Source of the DNA: Antedon mediterranea
Taxonomy: Eukaryota; Animalia; Echinodermata
Assembly: GCF_964355755.1 (NCBI RefSeq)
Contig: NC_092670.1
Location: 24,104,795 to 24,168,794 of the forward strand
Length of the DNA: 64,000 nucleotides
Reading direction: 5' to 3'
In this document: positions 46,651 through 60,262 of the stretch, one piece after another
Layout of the letters: the number at the start of each line of letters is the position of its first letter
Position numbering within the stretch: position 1 is the first letter of the stretch
Program-made: the position numbers and the translations under genes
The notes under the pieces: model-generated
Databases searched by the model: none
What the model was told of the DNA's origin: nothing
Seen by the model: only the letters and a program-made list of their open reading frames with translations

Positions 46651-48094
46651 GCCTGTAGCATATATGTATCCCTTTTTTATATTTATTCTTTGATATTTGG
46701 ATATTTCCCTTGCATGCTAGATGTTAATAGGATTTTTTGTTTTCTTTATGGTGGACTTTATTACTATGTTTGAGTGCACAAACATTAAGTATGAATTAGA
46801 TGCCTGTTTCGCAAATATTTTCAATCAATAATTACATTATTTTGCAAGCATAGTAATAAACATAATTCAGGAAAAAAAATGTGTTATTATTTTTGTTTTA
46901 TTATTTGTTGAAGTTATAATGTATCCCTTAAATGGGATAACAAATGTCGATCATATGTACACAAAATATATTGGAACAAATTTATAATTACATGCATCTC
47001 GAGACAAGTCTAACTTATAAAGGTTCTTATATTTTCGTCTCGCGTATATTTGTATTGTTATTCCGTGGATCATTCATTTGTAAAATTATTTCTTATTATT
47101 AAATTAAGAAAGAAGCTGTTCAACCATGGATTACTCCTCATATTGTGTCAACTAATCCTGTTTGTTTTGGTCTAGCGCCCTCACGAAAACTGAAAATAGC
47201 TCGTCGAAAGGCTAGGATCGAGGAGGCATCAGGGGGCCGGGTTGACACGCGCGCGAGCATCATGTGCTAAGAATTTAGAAATTACAGTAAGTTACTCAAT
47301 CATTTTATTATGTATAATGGAAGCCTATACTACTAATTGTAGTGCAAAGCTATTCTAGGCCTATACTACTAATTGTAGTGCTAGGCTAGGTAGTAGTGAC
47401 CCTGTTTAGATAGCTATGCCTATCTATATAGATAGATAGATAGAGGCCTAGCCTAGGCTAGGCCTATATAGTTGAGGGCTTCCCATGTACTACTTAGGCC
47501 TAGATAGCTAGGCTTATTAGCTAGGCCAGAAAGACTCTAGAAGCCTAGAGGCTAGTAGGCGCTATGCCACATTCTAGAGTAGTAGTACTAGCCTGGACCT
47601 ACTACAGAATACAGAGATAATACAGATAATCGACCTACTAAGGAGGCCCTAGCTAGAGTAGTAGTACAGTAGTAGGCTACTTCTACTAACTGTATATATA
47701 TCTGCCATACTTTAAATAGGCCTACTACTAGACCCGGCCCTACTCCGTAGTAGGGGAGGGCCTAAATAAAATATTATAATAATAAATTAGTATTATTAGG
47801 CCTGATTATTAGGGGAATCCATAATATTAGTTAGGCCTTAGTAAGTAGTATAACATATTATTTCCACTGAACCAGAATCCACAATCATGAGGCTCATTAT
47901 TTATACTGTATCATAAAATAATATTAATAATATTTTTTTTTCTCATTTCATTTAGCACTCTATTTTTACATGTGTGCTCATTCTCATTTTTTTCACAATC
48001 AAAACAATAGATTATTGTCAGTATTAAATTACAAAAGAAAAACTTAAATAATCCCTAATTATTTTCAGAAATTGACTAGTTTATAAATTGTACA

Positions 48095-51000
48095 ATGGGC
48101 AAAAGCAAAAAGAAGAAGAAAGATAAGGCACAGGTTGCAGCCTCAGAAGGAGGAGATGTATTTAATACCAGTCTAGCAGAATTAAAACAGGCTCTAAACA
48201 TACTAGGCTTTGATGTTGTACCAAAAACACTAACTCCAAATAATATGGTTTCATCTCCTATTACTGATATCATTAAGGAGTCAAGAAAACGCAAGTTATC
48301 TGTCAGCTCCAATGCAGAAACTGAATCCAGTGGGCCCCACTCAAAAAAACATAAACATAATGACCAGCACAGAAAACCAGAGGAAATTGGGTCACCTGTG
48401 AGATCTAATGCTGAGTCTTCGATTCCAAAATTTAACACTTTACGTAAGTAATTATTACAGTACAGTATGTTTAAGAAGTCCTAAACAAAACAACTTCAAG
48501 TACAACTTTAAGCCTGTTTTATACTAAAATAATAATTTGCTTATTTAATATTATATAAGCAAAATAAATTTGCTTATACAGTACCCATTTTTTTTAACAT
48601 TGCTTTTTGCTTCTTTTAGATTCTACTCCTACTTCGACAAGAAAAGTAGCCAATGTTTCATTTTTATTCAATTCTCAAAGCTCATCCTCTGACCTGGACT
48701 TCTCTTTGGCAAAATTGTCACCATTAACTACTAATAATAATCTCGGCAAGAAACATAAAGACAAAAAAATAAAGTCGCCTAAAAAGGATGCAAGCAAACA
48801 AACATCTTCTCAAAGTCAGTTAAATATAAATAAATCTGGACAAAAGAAGACATCGTCGCAAGGAAAAGCTTCAACCAGTTGTGATTGGACAAGAAAGGAA
48901 CTGGCTGCTGTTGATGCCACAAAATTAAATTTATTAGAAAAATATTTTGTTGGTAAAAACAAAGATGTAACAGCAAAAGTAAAATCTCCCAAGAAACAGA
49001 AGGTAACGGAAACATCAACCAAGAACACTGTCAACATTAATCAGCCTAATGATACCCAAAGCATGTCTACAGCTTCTCCTAGTAAGATGCTTACAATAAC
49101 TTTACCGAAAAAAGATAGTAGGCCTAATACCTTTATAAATGGACAGGGTGATAAAACAACACCAGAAGTAAAATCTCATAAGAAAAAGAAGACAAAAGAA
49201 AAGCCCAACAAGAACACTGTTACCGCAAATCAGCCTTCTGATACCCAATGTGAAAGCACATCTACAGATTCTCCTAGTAAAAAACTTATAATAACCTCAC
49301 CGAAAAAGGATAGTAATATCTTTATAAATGGACAGGGTGATAAAACAACACCAGAAGTAAAATCTCATAAGAAAAAGAAGACAAAAGAAAAGGCCAACAA
49401 GAACACTGTTACCGCAAATCAGCCTTCTGATAACCAATGTGAAAGCACATCTACAGATTCTCCTAGTAAAAAACTTATAATAACCTCACCGAAAAAGGTT
49501 AGTAATATCTTTATAAATGAACAGGGTGATAAAACAACACCAGAAGTAAGATCTCATAAGAAAAAGAAGACAAAAGAAAAGGCCAACAAGAACACTGTTA
49601 CCGCAAATCAGCTTTCTGATACCCAATGTGAAAGCACATCTACAGATTCTCCTAGTAAAATACTTTTAGTAACCTCACCGAAAAAGGATAGTAATACCTT
49701 TATAAATGAAGAAGGTGATAAAACAACACCAGAAGTAAAATCTCATAAGAAAAAGAAGAAAAAAGAAAAGGCCAACAAGGACACAGTTACCCAATGTGAA
49801 AGCACGTCTACAGACTCTCCTAGTAAAAAACTTACAATAACCTCACCGAAAAAGGATAGTAATAGAAATACCTTTATAAATGAACAGGGTGATAAAACAA
49901 CACCAGAAGTAAAATCTCATAAGAAAAAGAAGAAAAAAGAAAAGGCCAACAAGGACACAGTTACCCAATGTGAAAGCACCTCTACAGACTCTCCTAGTAA
50001 AAAACTTGCGTTAAATTCACCAAAAAATGATAGTAATACCTTTAGTAATAAACAGGGTGATAAAACAGTTGAAGAAAAGAAAGGTGGTCAGAAAAGAGTT
50101 TCAGAAGAAAAGGTAAAGTATCAATTTGTTACATTTTTATTTCAATTAACTTAAAGCGGAGATCACAAACCTCCATTATCAACTTTTTTTGTCTGAATTG
50201 CCCTTTAGGTATCTCCAAAGAAAAAAGAAAAGTTATCCAATGCTGAGGTGCCACAAGTTAACATTAATAATGCAGTAAGTAAAAGCCCTAAAAAACATGC
50301 TGTATCCCCCAATGAAGAAAGTGTGGCTGTACAACAAAGTAAAAAGAAAAAGAAATCCAAAAAGCATGAAGAAGAGGCAATTACAGGTAATGATAACAAT
50401 GCTAAAAACCATTCTGAATCATTAATGTTGCATCAACCTGAGGAAGAGGTATCACAAAAGAAATCTCACAAGAAAAAGAAAAAGAAAAGTAGTAAAAAAA
50501 CATCAAGTCAGAAATTGTCGACAGAAACGTCGGCAACTTTCAAATTGAGTTTAACTGATTCAGGTAGTGATACAAAATTGACAGCGAAGTCTGTAAAATC
50601 AAATAAAAAATCAAAAGAAAAAATTTCAACGAGTATCGGAAATTCTTCTAGTAAACAAATTGTAGGAAATTCTGGGAAGGTAGAAAAGGATAAGAAAACT
50701 AAAACTACTAAAAGTAAAAATGAAGCTAAACTCAAAGAAACTAAGCAAAATACTGAGCAAGCAATTGATACAGATTTGTCAAAAGGTAAGAAAAAACGAA
50801 AATCAAGTACAAGTAAAAAGTCGGTTGACAAATTAACTTTAACTGACACAAATTCATTGAAAAAAGCAAAGAGCCCTGCAAAAAAGACAACTGTTAAAAA
50901 AGTTACCAAAAAAGAAACACCAAAAACAATGATTAAATCAGCAAATGAAATTGTTGAGGATGAGGAGAGTTTTTTTGATTTGTTTGACTTTGAAGCTTGG

Positions 51001-51150
51001 GAAGACAAGATGGACAACGTACAGCATTTATTGTCTGATGGAACTATGGAGACAGATCTAGGATTGATACCAATTAAGAAAAAGGACAAAAAAAGGAAGA
51101 AGAAGAAGAAAAAGAAGGATAATTTGAAAGAGAAAAAAGAAAAATTGTAA
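48095..51150 (+). CDS. Uncharacterised 927-aa Lys/Ser/Thr-rich disordered protein with SPKK motifs. Exons 48095-48443, 48620-50112, 50209-51150
   Basis: Three long ORFs join in phase through GT-AG introns (349+1493+942 = 2784 nt). Probable non-coding first exon near 47200-47287. Many poly-Lys NLS/NoLS-like tracts. Confidence 0.8.
49040..50066 (+). repeat. Coding tandem repeat, about 189 bp (63 aa), about 5.5 copies
   Basis: INGQGDKTTPEVKSHKKKKTKEK...QCESTSTDSPSKKLIITSPKKDSN is repeated; the last copies are shorter. Confidence 0.9.
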
Positions 51151-51519
51151 TATTTTATTGAAGGTATTATTCAGTACTGATACAATTAAAAGTCAGGATG
51201 GTAAATTCATTATTTTCCTGATTCAAGTAAAATCAATTGGACTGTATATTTGTTGAATTAAATGCTTTGTATAATAACTAAACTATTTTAATAGTTTAAC
51301 AACATTCTCTTTTAAAAGGAGAATGTTTTTTTTATGTCTTACTGTGAATAAGCCTTGTACATACATAAATAATATGACTGAATAAAAATTGTGAATAGCT
51401 TTTTTGGCAATTTTACTATTAAACGTGAATTAAGATAAATGCATCAATTGATGATAATGGTTTTTTTAGTGAATTCTAGGCCAAAAAATGAAGTTGACAA
51501 ATCGGTTTAGTGCCCTTTC

Positions 51520-52790
51520 TTACACTAATGTGAAAAAGTACCCACGTTATCAGAATTCTTACCACAAAGCCAAAGTGGGTTTCGCAAAGGCAGAAGCACA
51601 AGTGATATTGTTTTTACACATCGATGGCTTATAGCTAAAGCGCAACAAGAAACAATAAATATTTACATAACCGGTATAGATATGTCAAGCGTGTTCGACA
51701 CCGTGGATAGAAACAAAATCCTCGACATACTCAAACATATTATAGACGAAGATGAACTTAGGATCGTTAGATTTCTGCTGAGTGAAACCGGATTAAATCT
51801 AAAAATAAAAGGGGCAAAAGAACAGCCAATATTCCTAACCAACATCGGCACCCCTCAAGGAGATATATAGATTAAGCTCGGTCTTATGTGCACTGTTTAC
51901 CTTGCGTCTGCGCTACGAGGAATCTTATATATAAATTTACGTAAGGGCAAAATTCGATAAATCGCGCGTTATTTCTAGAATGTTTACTCGATGGTATATA
52001 AAGTTGGTTAGAATCTCGGTACTGATTTTAACCACCAGATGTAACCCTGTTTACTAATTAAATTGAGTTAGATAATTAGTTATTGAGAATTAAAACGAAT
52101 TTAGGTTCAACGATTTGCCCCAAATAGGGGTGTTGTCCGATCGGGGTATACACTGTCTAATGGATGTCCTCTTAAAAATTACCTGCACACAATAATACGA
52201 GGATGCATCATATTTTCCTATCTCCTCCTTGGGGACAGAGAAGACATAATTAGAAGAAAACAACTAGCGCGTGTAGCAATGACCAAACTAAACTCGATGT
52301 GGCTTCGAAAAGATAAAATCAAATTAAAAATACGTATCAAGCTGTACAACTCGCTAGTTAAAAGTATATCTCTACAACTCTGAAACATGGGGACTCACAA
52401 AAGAAGAAGCACATAAACTTGACACATTTCAAAGACAGCAACTTCGCAAAATTATAGGTATCAGGTTCCCAGACAGAATATCGAACATAAATTTATACAG
52501 AAGGACAGGAACAAAACCAATTTCATTAGAAATAGTCGACGCAAGATGGAGACTACTGGGTCACATACTTAGACAAGACCCATGTACACCAGCCAACACA
52601 GCAATAAGCTATTATTTCAGCAACACTATCAATATAAAATTTCGAGGAAGACCGAGAACCACCCTACCAATAACTCTCAGAAACGACCTACTCACCCATA
52701 AGCAGAACACAAACATCAAGTATCCCGGACAATTGAAAACCAAGAAAGACGTCAAACAACTTAAAGAACTAGCCAATGAAAGATCATGTT
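51520..52790 (+). mobile_element. Decayed RTE-clade LINE reverse transcriptase fragment
   Basis: SQSGFRKGRSTSDIVF, IDMSSVFDTVDR, GTPQGD, then LYNSETWGL...RWRLLGHILR...RGRPRTT. It has frameshifts and lacks the central YADD region. Confidence 0.85.
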
Positions 52791-52813
52791 TTCCTTTATA
52801 ACATTTATTTTAA

Positions 52814-53314
52814 AGATGTAGGCCTATTGTCCCTTTGAAAAGTGGGTCATTTTGAAGTATCCGAATAGTTATTAACTTTCACCAAAAATTATTCGAAAAA
52901 AAAATAATTTTACTGAAATACAGACGTTTTTGGTGCAAAAAATAACTTTGGCTTCCAGTCAAAGTTTTCGATCAAAACATATCTCATAATGCAATGCGCT
53001 TATTTGGCTACTCTGTATGCATAATCATAAACATTCCTCGCGATCTGTGTGAAAACACCTTCTCAACCCTGACGTAAACAATCCTAATTAGCATCATGCA
53101 TAATGTATACTCATGGTTTGAAATCTTTGTTTACTTTCGCCGCGCTCGCGACTATTTTCCAGATGAAATGTAATTAAATTAATTTAGCTGTTAATTACGT
53201 AAAATTTTTATTTTCGACTTGAAGTGAATAACTTTAATATTACTTTGATATAGACAATTAAAATTTAGTATATTTTGACCTTCATTTCTTTGTGTTTCAA
53301 GGGACAAAACATCT
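52814..53314. mobile_element. Kolobok-like non-autonomous DNA transposon (TTAA target)
   Basis: TTAA|AGATGTA(GGCCTA)TTGTCCCTT ... AAGGGACAAAACATCT|TTAA. Confidence 0.75.
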
Positions 53315-54689
53315 TTAATAAAAAGAATACTAATTTATGGCATGATATAATAGGACACTTTTGGTGTGGCCTATGTCAGGTTTTCTGGAAAATGTGATTC
53401 GGAATGTATTTTTAATGGTAAAATTAAACTTGGAACCTTTGGACCTCACTGGTGTTGGGAAAGTCCGGTTTTGGGAAAGTCCGATTATACAATAATTATT
53501 GTTGTAACAAAGAAACCTGTCACGTGACAACAAACACATGATGATTTAAATGGTGAATCAATATCTCTATTGATCTGCAGGCAATAGAGGTACAAAATAA
53601 GACATGAATATTTATATATATATCTATCCATTTTTCAAAATTTAAAAATCTGTTCATTTTACCACGTATACTATAATTATATCCTTTAAAATGTTGTTGA
53701 TTTTAGAGACATTATTACGTGTGCAATTAAAATTAATTAACTTGTAGGCCTACATGTATGAAATTAATTATGACACTGTTGATGTGAGAATGAAATATAT
53801 ACTGTGGATAAAAAAGCTTACAAAGCTGTCTATTAAATGCCGGAAACACTTTCGTTGCGATACCAGTGTGATAACTGTTTCAGCAGAATGCTACACTGTT
53901 TAGCTAGGTTACAATGAAAACCTAATCAGTTTGGCAAAGCTGTCTAAAGATTCGATGCGAAGGCCATGGGCATCGTTAGCAAATTTAAAATAATACTTAT
54001 AATTATATCTCTGATGATGTTATATGTAATAATATTATCCCTGTATACGAGAATATTACATACTATTAAGGCTCTCCGAATCATAAAGCTAGTACGTACA
54101 TAAATGCTTCACCGGCCATTGTTATTGTGTAGTCTATTTACGATTGAATAAAATATGCCCGGAGTTAATAGGCCTCAATGGTTTGCACGCTGGTATCCCG
54201 CTGAAGTGCGGAAGGTTTTGTTTTTGTATTTTTATCTAAATGTATTTTGTTTTCACTAGTGATGATGCTGCATCTAATAGTTTAGGTGAATATTATTTAA
54301 GTTTAATATTAAGGTAGGATACTACCGTAAACACGTAGGTCTAGACCGTTAATATTTAAAGATGTATTGTTCCTTTGACTAATTTAAAAAAAAAAAGATT
54401 TTTGACAAAAAGTGGGTCATTTTGAAGTATCATAATAGTTATTAACTTTCACCAAAAATTTGTCGAAAAAAAAATCATTTAACTGAAATACAGACGTTTT
54501 TTTGTTCAAAAAATTAATTTGACGTCCAGTCAAAGTTTTCGATCAAAACATATCTCATTATGCAACGCGCTTGTTTGGCACTCTGTATGCATAATCATAA
54601 AACTTCCTCGCGATCTGTGTGAAAACACCTTCTCAACCGTGACGAGTTGTAGGCCTAAGCAATCCTAATTAGCATCGTGCATAATACTG

Positions 54690-55012
54690 AACACTGAATA
54701 CTGAAATGCTTTATTTGTCTTTATTTTTTTAAATTTTATTTTATTCAATTTCCAGGCACAACAATACATGACAACACAGCGGTGCAGCACCCTGAGGATT
54801 GCCATGAGTGCAAAAGCACTATCGAGATGGCTCTCCATATACTGCACTAGAACATATAAGACAAACATATTATACACAAGATGCTCTACATAAACAAAGA
54901 CTTATTATTAAGTCTTTGGGAGTGGAGTTGAAAATTGTCATGAGAAGGACTTGAACCCAGGACCCTTAAATTGGTAGCCAAGCATCATTACCACCAAGCC
55001 ACAGCTCCACTC
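54690..55012 (-). mobile_element. tRNA-derived SINE
   Basis: Homologous to 30255-30440, with the head at about 55012 and a (CTGAATA)n tail at 54690. Confidence 0.65.
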
Positions 55013-55379
55013 CATCATCATCATCATCATAAAATAACAACAGAAATTCTTCTTGAAGATTGACAATTATTAGTACAATAATAAATAAATATACAATATA
55101 ATATATTATGTACACACACATAATTGCAAAAAAAAAAATAAGTTATGAAACACGGTGTAAAAAGACTAGGTATTAAAATTGAATAGGATTCAGGAGATTA
55201 AAATAGTTTAAACAGCTTTAAAAGGATTAAAAACAGCTTTAAAAGGATTCAAACCATTAGAATGTTCCTAAAACCTTTACAATTTATAAATTGCTAAAAT
55301 TTCAAATTTACGTTTTAAACGGTTTAAAATTGTTTACATAGTCTTGTATTACATAACATTTTATCGATGGTGACGTGAA

Positions 55380-56685
55380 TTAATTATATGAATAGCATTT
55401 GCAACAAAGGCATATCTCGATCTGTTTGTCTTAGTTGTTGGAACATGTATTCTACCATTGCGTTTGATAATAAAGTATTTGCTAAGGGGATGATCAACAT
55501 CCTTAATTATTTTATGAGCTGCCTTCACTATCCAATCTATGTATATTTCATCTAACTACACTAACGGATCTTTAAGTTTAACAATATATTCAGCTTTCTT
55601 TGTAATGCGATTCAATTTCTTTTTATCTTTTTTATTAATATTTTCATAATTGCATATCAAACAGAAAGACATAATACTTTGGATCATGGTGGTATAAAAC
55701 AATTTTAACAGTGAGCTATCAATACTAAGGGATTTCATTTTGCGAAGTATAAACATTCTTTGATTGGCTATTTTAACTATTCTATTCGTATTGGTTTCCC
55801 ACGACAGTTTGTGGTCCATGACAAAACCTAAGTATTTATATTCTTCTACTCTATCTACTTCGTTACCATCAATCAGAACTGGAATAATAGGATATTTCTT
55901 TACTCTAAAGTCTACGACCATCTCCTTAGTTTTACCAACATTTAACTTTAAATTATTCAATTTGCTCCAATTTACAAAATCTGATATCAATTTACGGTAG
56001 TCATATTCATTATCATGCTTATCACCTAAAATGTATCCTGTGATAACAGTATCGTCTGCATATTTAATCACAGAACATGACTCATTTGGTGACCTAAAGT
56101 CAGAAGTGAAAAGGAATACAACACAGGTGATATTACACAGCCTTGAGGTACTCCTACATTTGTTATCCTGCCGTCAGACATGTTATGTTATGTGCCCATT
56201 AGCTATTACAAACTGAGGTCTACATTTCAGGAAATCGGACAGCCACCTGATGATATCGTGGTTTATCTCCATGTCTTGCCGACGATAATGGTGTTAAAGG
56301 CACTTGAAAAGTCTACATACAGAGATCTAACATATGATCTTGACTTATCTAAGTGATTACAGATGTTATTTAGGTGTGTTAAAATAGCATCCTCCACACT
56401 TCTATTAGACTGATAAGCAAATTGATAATTGTCTTGAAAATTACTTGATTGATAAGGTTTGTCATTTGGATACTGAATTTTGTCACTGTTGGTACAATGC
56501 TGTCCACACAAAAAGAAATATAATCAGAGGTGACCCGTGTTTCCATGTCAAGATCATTTGATTTAAAAGTGTCCCAATCTGTAGAATCAAAACAATCTTG
56601 CAGTTTGACACATCCCTTGTCCATCGCTTATGTTGTTGTATAACTGGCTTGGATTGCTTGATTCGTTGACGGTATTTGGGAATTT
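55380..56685 (-). mobile_element. Decayed Rex1/Babar-like LINE ORF2 (RT)
   Basis: LQDCFDSTDWDTF, QFAYQSNRSVEDAI, YVDFSSAFNTI, IKYADDTVI, LNVGKTKEMVVDFR and YKYLG, with frameshifts and deletions. Confidence 0.88.
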
Positions 56686-59549
56686 AGTGTTACGTCTTCC
56701 CTCTCTCTTAAATTCATCGATTGGAAATTTCGATCGTATTTACGTTTGATGATTAAAACCAAACTTTTTAGACTGAATATGGTATTCATGAACGTGAAAT
56801 ACGCTACAGTTGAAAATAAAGTTTCAACTGATAGAAAGTTTGATTACAACATCCAATCAGCGCCTAATATATTGTGACGTGAAAGCGCGCGGACAACAAA
56901 AGTTTGTCTTCCCTCTCCTCGCTTCCCGCCCGCCTGATCTTCAGAGTCAGTGTCTTCATGCTCTTCGATCGCATTTTAGATTCTTTGCCGACAATTTACG
57001 AGCTACCGTATTCGTAACATATACCAATTGAATCAATATCTATTTTAGAAGGTTGGTAATCATTTATTTTAAATTGAATCTAAGGCATACGCTACATTGA
57101 GGCCTACATTCACACCACCACCACCGCGCACATTTTCTGGCCACAGCACAGATCTAGTTAGTAGGCTAGTTGACGTGACAGCAGCGAGTGTGGTGTACGG
57201 TACGGCTCGAGTTTATTTTTGCCGGTTACCGAGTTAGGCTATAGACCTAGTTAGTGAGTAGCCTAGGTTAAATTTACTAAATCAAATGTGTTATGCCTTG
57301 AATATTATTCTATCTAGGCTAGGCCTAGCCTAGTTGAATAGGCATTTCCATTGTATAAACAATTTTAATGAATACTAAAAAAACGTTACTTTGTAATTCT
57401 TGATGACGTTCTCTAGCTAGGCCTACCCTACTACTACTAGCTAGCATAGGCTAGTACTAGCCTAGTAGGCTAGGCCTAACTAGTAGGTCTAGCTGGAGAA
57501 GAGCTAGGTCTAATAAATAGGCTAGGCTAGGCCTAGTTACTAAGCCTAGGCTAGGCCCTACTTTAATACTATTTCCTAGACTAGGCCCTAGGGGCCTAGG
57601 CCTATAGCTAGAGCCTCTAGTAGGGCCTAGCCTAGGCGTCCTACGAATAAATTATGATATAATTAATAATTATAATATTAATAAATAATGACGATAGGCT
57701 ATACTGTGTATACTGTACAGTACTAAACTATAACATTTAGTAGAAACATATTATTTCTATCTATTGCACAGGAAAAATGCTTGACTACACAATGTCAATG
57801 ATGTTTCGGGCTGCAATCATTCACAATAACAACATGGACATCATCTTGAACGATTTATATTTATTTTTTGATAGTAAGTAATAATAATATGTTGTATATC
57901 TGTATTTAAATCACTGTATTTATACATGTCAATTGTGTATAAATTCGTGTTTTTTAAGCTTTAAAACAGGGACTGGATTAAAAAATATTTCCAACCTAGA
58001 AGAAACTACTCGACATACCGACCTGATGCTAGAAAAAGATTGCCTAATTATTGGTGGCTTGACTGAATCTGAACTAGCCTATTATTTTTACTATTTGTGT
58101 TACTGTTATTAATGTTTTATAATTTATTTTGTGCACTAGGCCTAATGGTCTTGTTATGTTGATTTATATGAAGCATACTATATGTCTCAATCTTATACAG
58201 AGCATGAACCAAATCAGAAGCTGTGAATTTGTTCATTCAACATATCCATGTAAGCATATTAATTAATAGTACAGTTTTTATTTTCATTTTAAAAATTACG
58301 AATGTCAAAATTTACTTAAATTAGAGAAAAGAGTTTTATATGATACTCTTTTCTGATAATATTGAATAGCAAAACTATTCACCGTTGCTTTTTAAGACCA
58401 TATTGAAAATAAAAAATTATCAATGATAAAGATAGTACAGTACTACTACTAAAGATGCGTACATTTATCAAATATTTTATGATAAATAACAGTTTGTTAT
58501 GCTTTTTGTTATTCTTACAGGATGCAACAGATGTTAGAAAAGAGTATGCAGGACAAAAATTTGCACAGCCATATTGATTGTCAATTGGACGGTCATCATA
58601 ACTCAACATGTACTTTCATTCAGACACATTGTAGAAGCCATGGTTGGGCTTTTATTTAGGCTGCACTATATTTTCCTGAATGATATTTGTGGACTTTGTA
58701 GATGCCCTCCCAAGAATTAGGGTATATCACCAAGGCATATAAGATAGTTTTTGAATTTATAATTATACTACTGAAAGACAAAGACTACAGCAGTGTCTTG
58801 ACTATTGTAATATACTGTTGTTATGTTTTCAATAAAATCAAAATGGAATATATATAAGAAACGTATCTTTTTTAAGCATCGTATTTAAACAAAAAAGTCA
58901 ATCGATTTTGGTTGAAAAAATAATTTTTCCAATCTTCTTAGTTTGAAATTTTTCAATCTTTGAATCGATTGAAAATCTTCAATCGTTATTTCAATCAATC
59001 CGATTTGTCCCTACTCACAGTCGGCCAAAAGTTGAAAAATCAACCGTATCGATTGAATATTCAGTCGACCAATTTAAGAGAGCTGGTTTTAACATCGATA
59101 ACTTTTGGTCATAATTTGGTAACACAGTTGAGCAGGCATTTGTTAAAATCACCCAGTGTAATCGGGGGGGGGGGGGGTCCCTGGTGCAGATGTTTCATAT
59201 TTGTTGACAATTGCAGATATTAATATATAAAATGCATACTCGTGGTTTGAAATCTTTGTTTACTTTCGCTCGCGACGATTTTTCAGACGAAATGTAATCA
59301 AATTAATTTACCTGTTAATTACGTAAACTTGTTTTTGGCTCGAATTTTCGACTTAAAATGAATAACTTTAATATTACTTTGATATGGCCAATTTCAATTT
59401 CGAATATTTTGAACTTCATTTTTTGTTTTTCAAGGGACAATACATTTTTAAACATTAACGGATAGGCCTAATAGCTTTAATTTTTTAATTTAAAACGGTA
59501 GGCTTACTGTTAAAGGTGAATTCAGATGATTGATGATAAAAAAAAGTGG

Positions 59550-60262
59550 TTTTTAGTCGCGTGCAACACAGCTCACTATGTCGGTCAGTAAACACTTGTA
59601 TAATATGCCTTGTCTTGATATCAGTTTCAACTAGCTTAGTCGATTTTGACAGTATATTCCTCATGGCCAGGAATCGATGTGGTTATGTTTTAACGGTGCG
59701 CAATCAAATATTACGCGGTCTACGCACGATTTAACAAATCACGTTTTTAATATCTTCACAAGCTGGAATCACAATTAAATAAATTTGGTACTCATAAATG
59801 TCAGGTCATATTTCATCAAATGGCAATACAATTACGTGCGTAGCGCATATAACACATGCGTACGCGCGCTTAAAATTGTCAACATTTATTTTCGATGAAA
59901 TTAGAGTATACGATTCAGGCAATTTTAAGCGTTTAAAATAATATGCACTCTTTTTTGTCCGATTTCTGTTTTACAACCTTTCTTTAATAATATCGGCAAG
60001 AATCTCCTCCATGTAGGGTTTCTCTTTTCAGCCCTTTGTTTTCTCCTCTTGCCACCTCTTCTGATAATCTGTAAGAGTTCCTTTTTCATCTAACACCTTC
60101 TCCTCTAAAGCATGCAAATTGCAGCATCTACTGTAGTATTTTACTCTACTCTATACAGCTCACTGTCGGTCGGTTGGTCGGATGATTGGTCGGTCGGTTT
60201 GTCGGTCGGTAAACACTAACTCAAATTTGAGCACCGACTGCAGCCATGTATAATGTCCTTGA
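59550..60262 (+). mobile_element. Diverged HINE copy
   Basis: TTTTTAGTCGCGTGCAAC start, family body, and an end GCACCGACTGCAGCCATGTATAATGTCCTTG. Confidence 0.65.

Larger units (their letters stand above)
54360..59450. mobile_element. Second copy of the Kolobok-like element, split into a left half (54360-54685) and a right half (59232-59450)
   Basis: The halves match 52814-53104 and 53104-53314 respectively and abut at ...GCATAATG/TATACTC... of the intact copy. Confidence 0.6.

Noticed and set aside
50508-51089. Hydrophobic antisense ORFs (50508-51089, 48076-48438, 3285-3536, 5359-5697)
   Set aside because: Shadow frames of A-rich Lys/Glu-coding or purine-rich sequence
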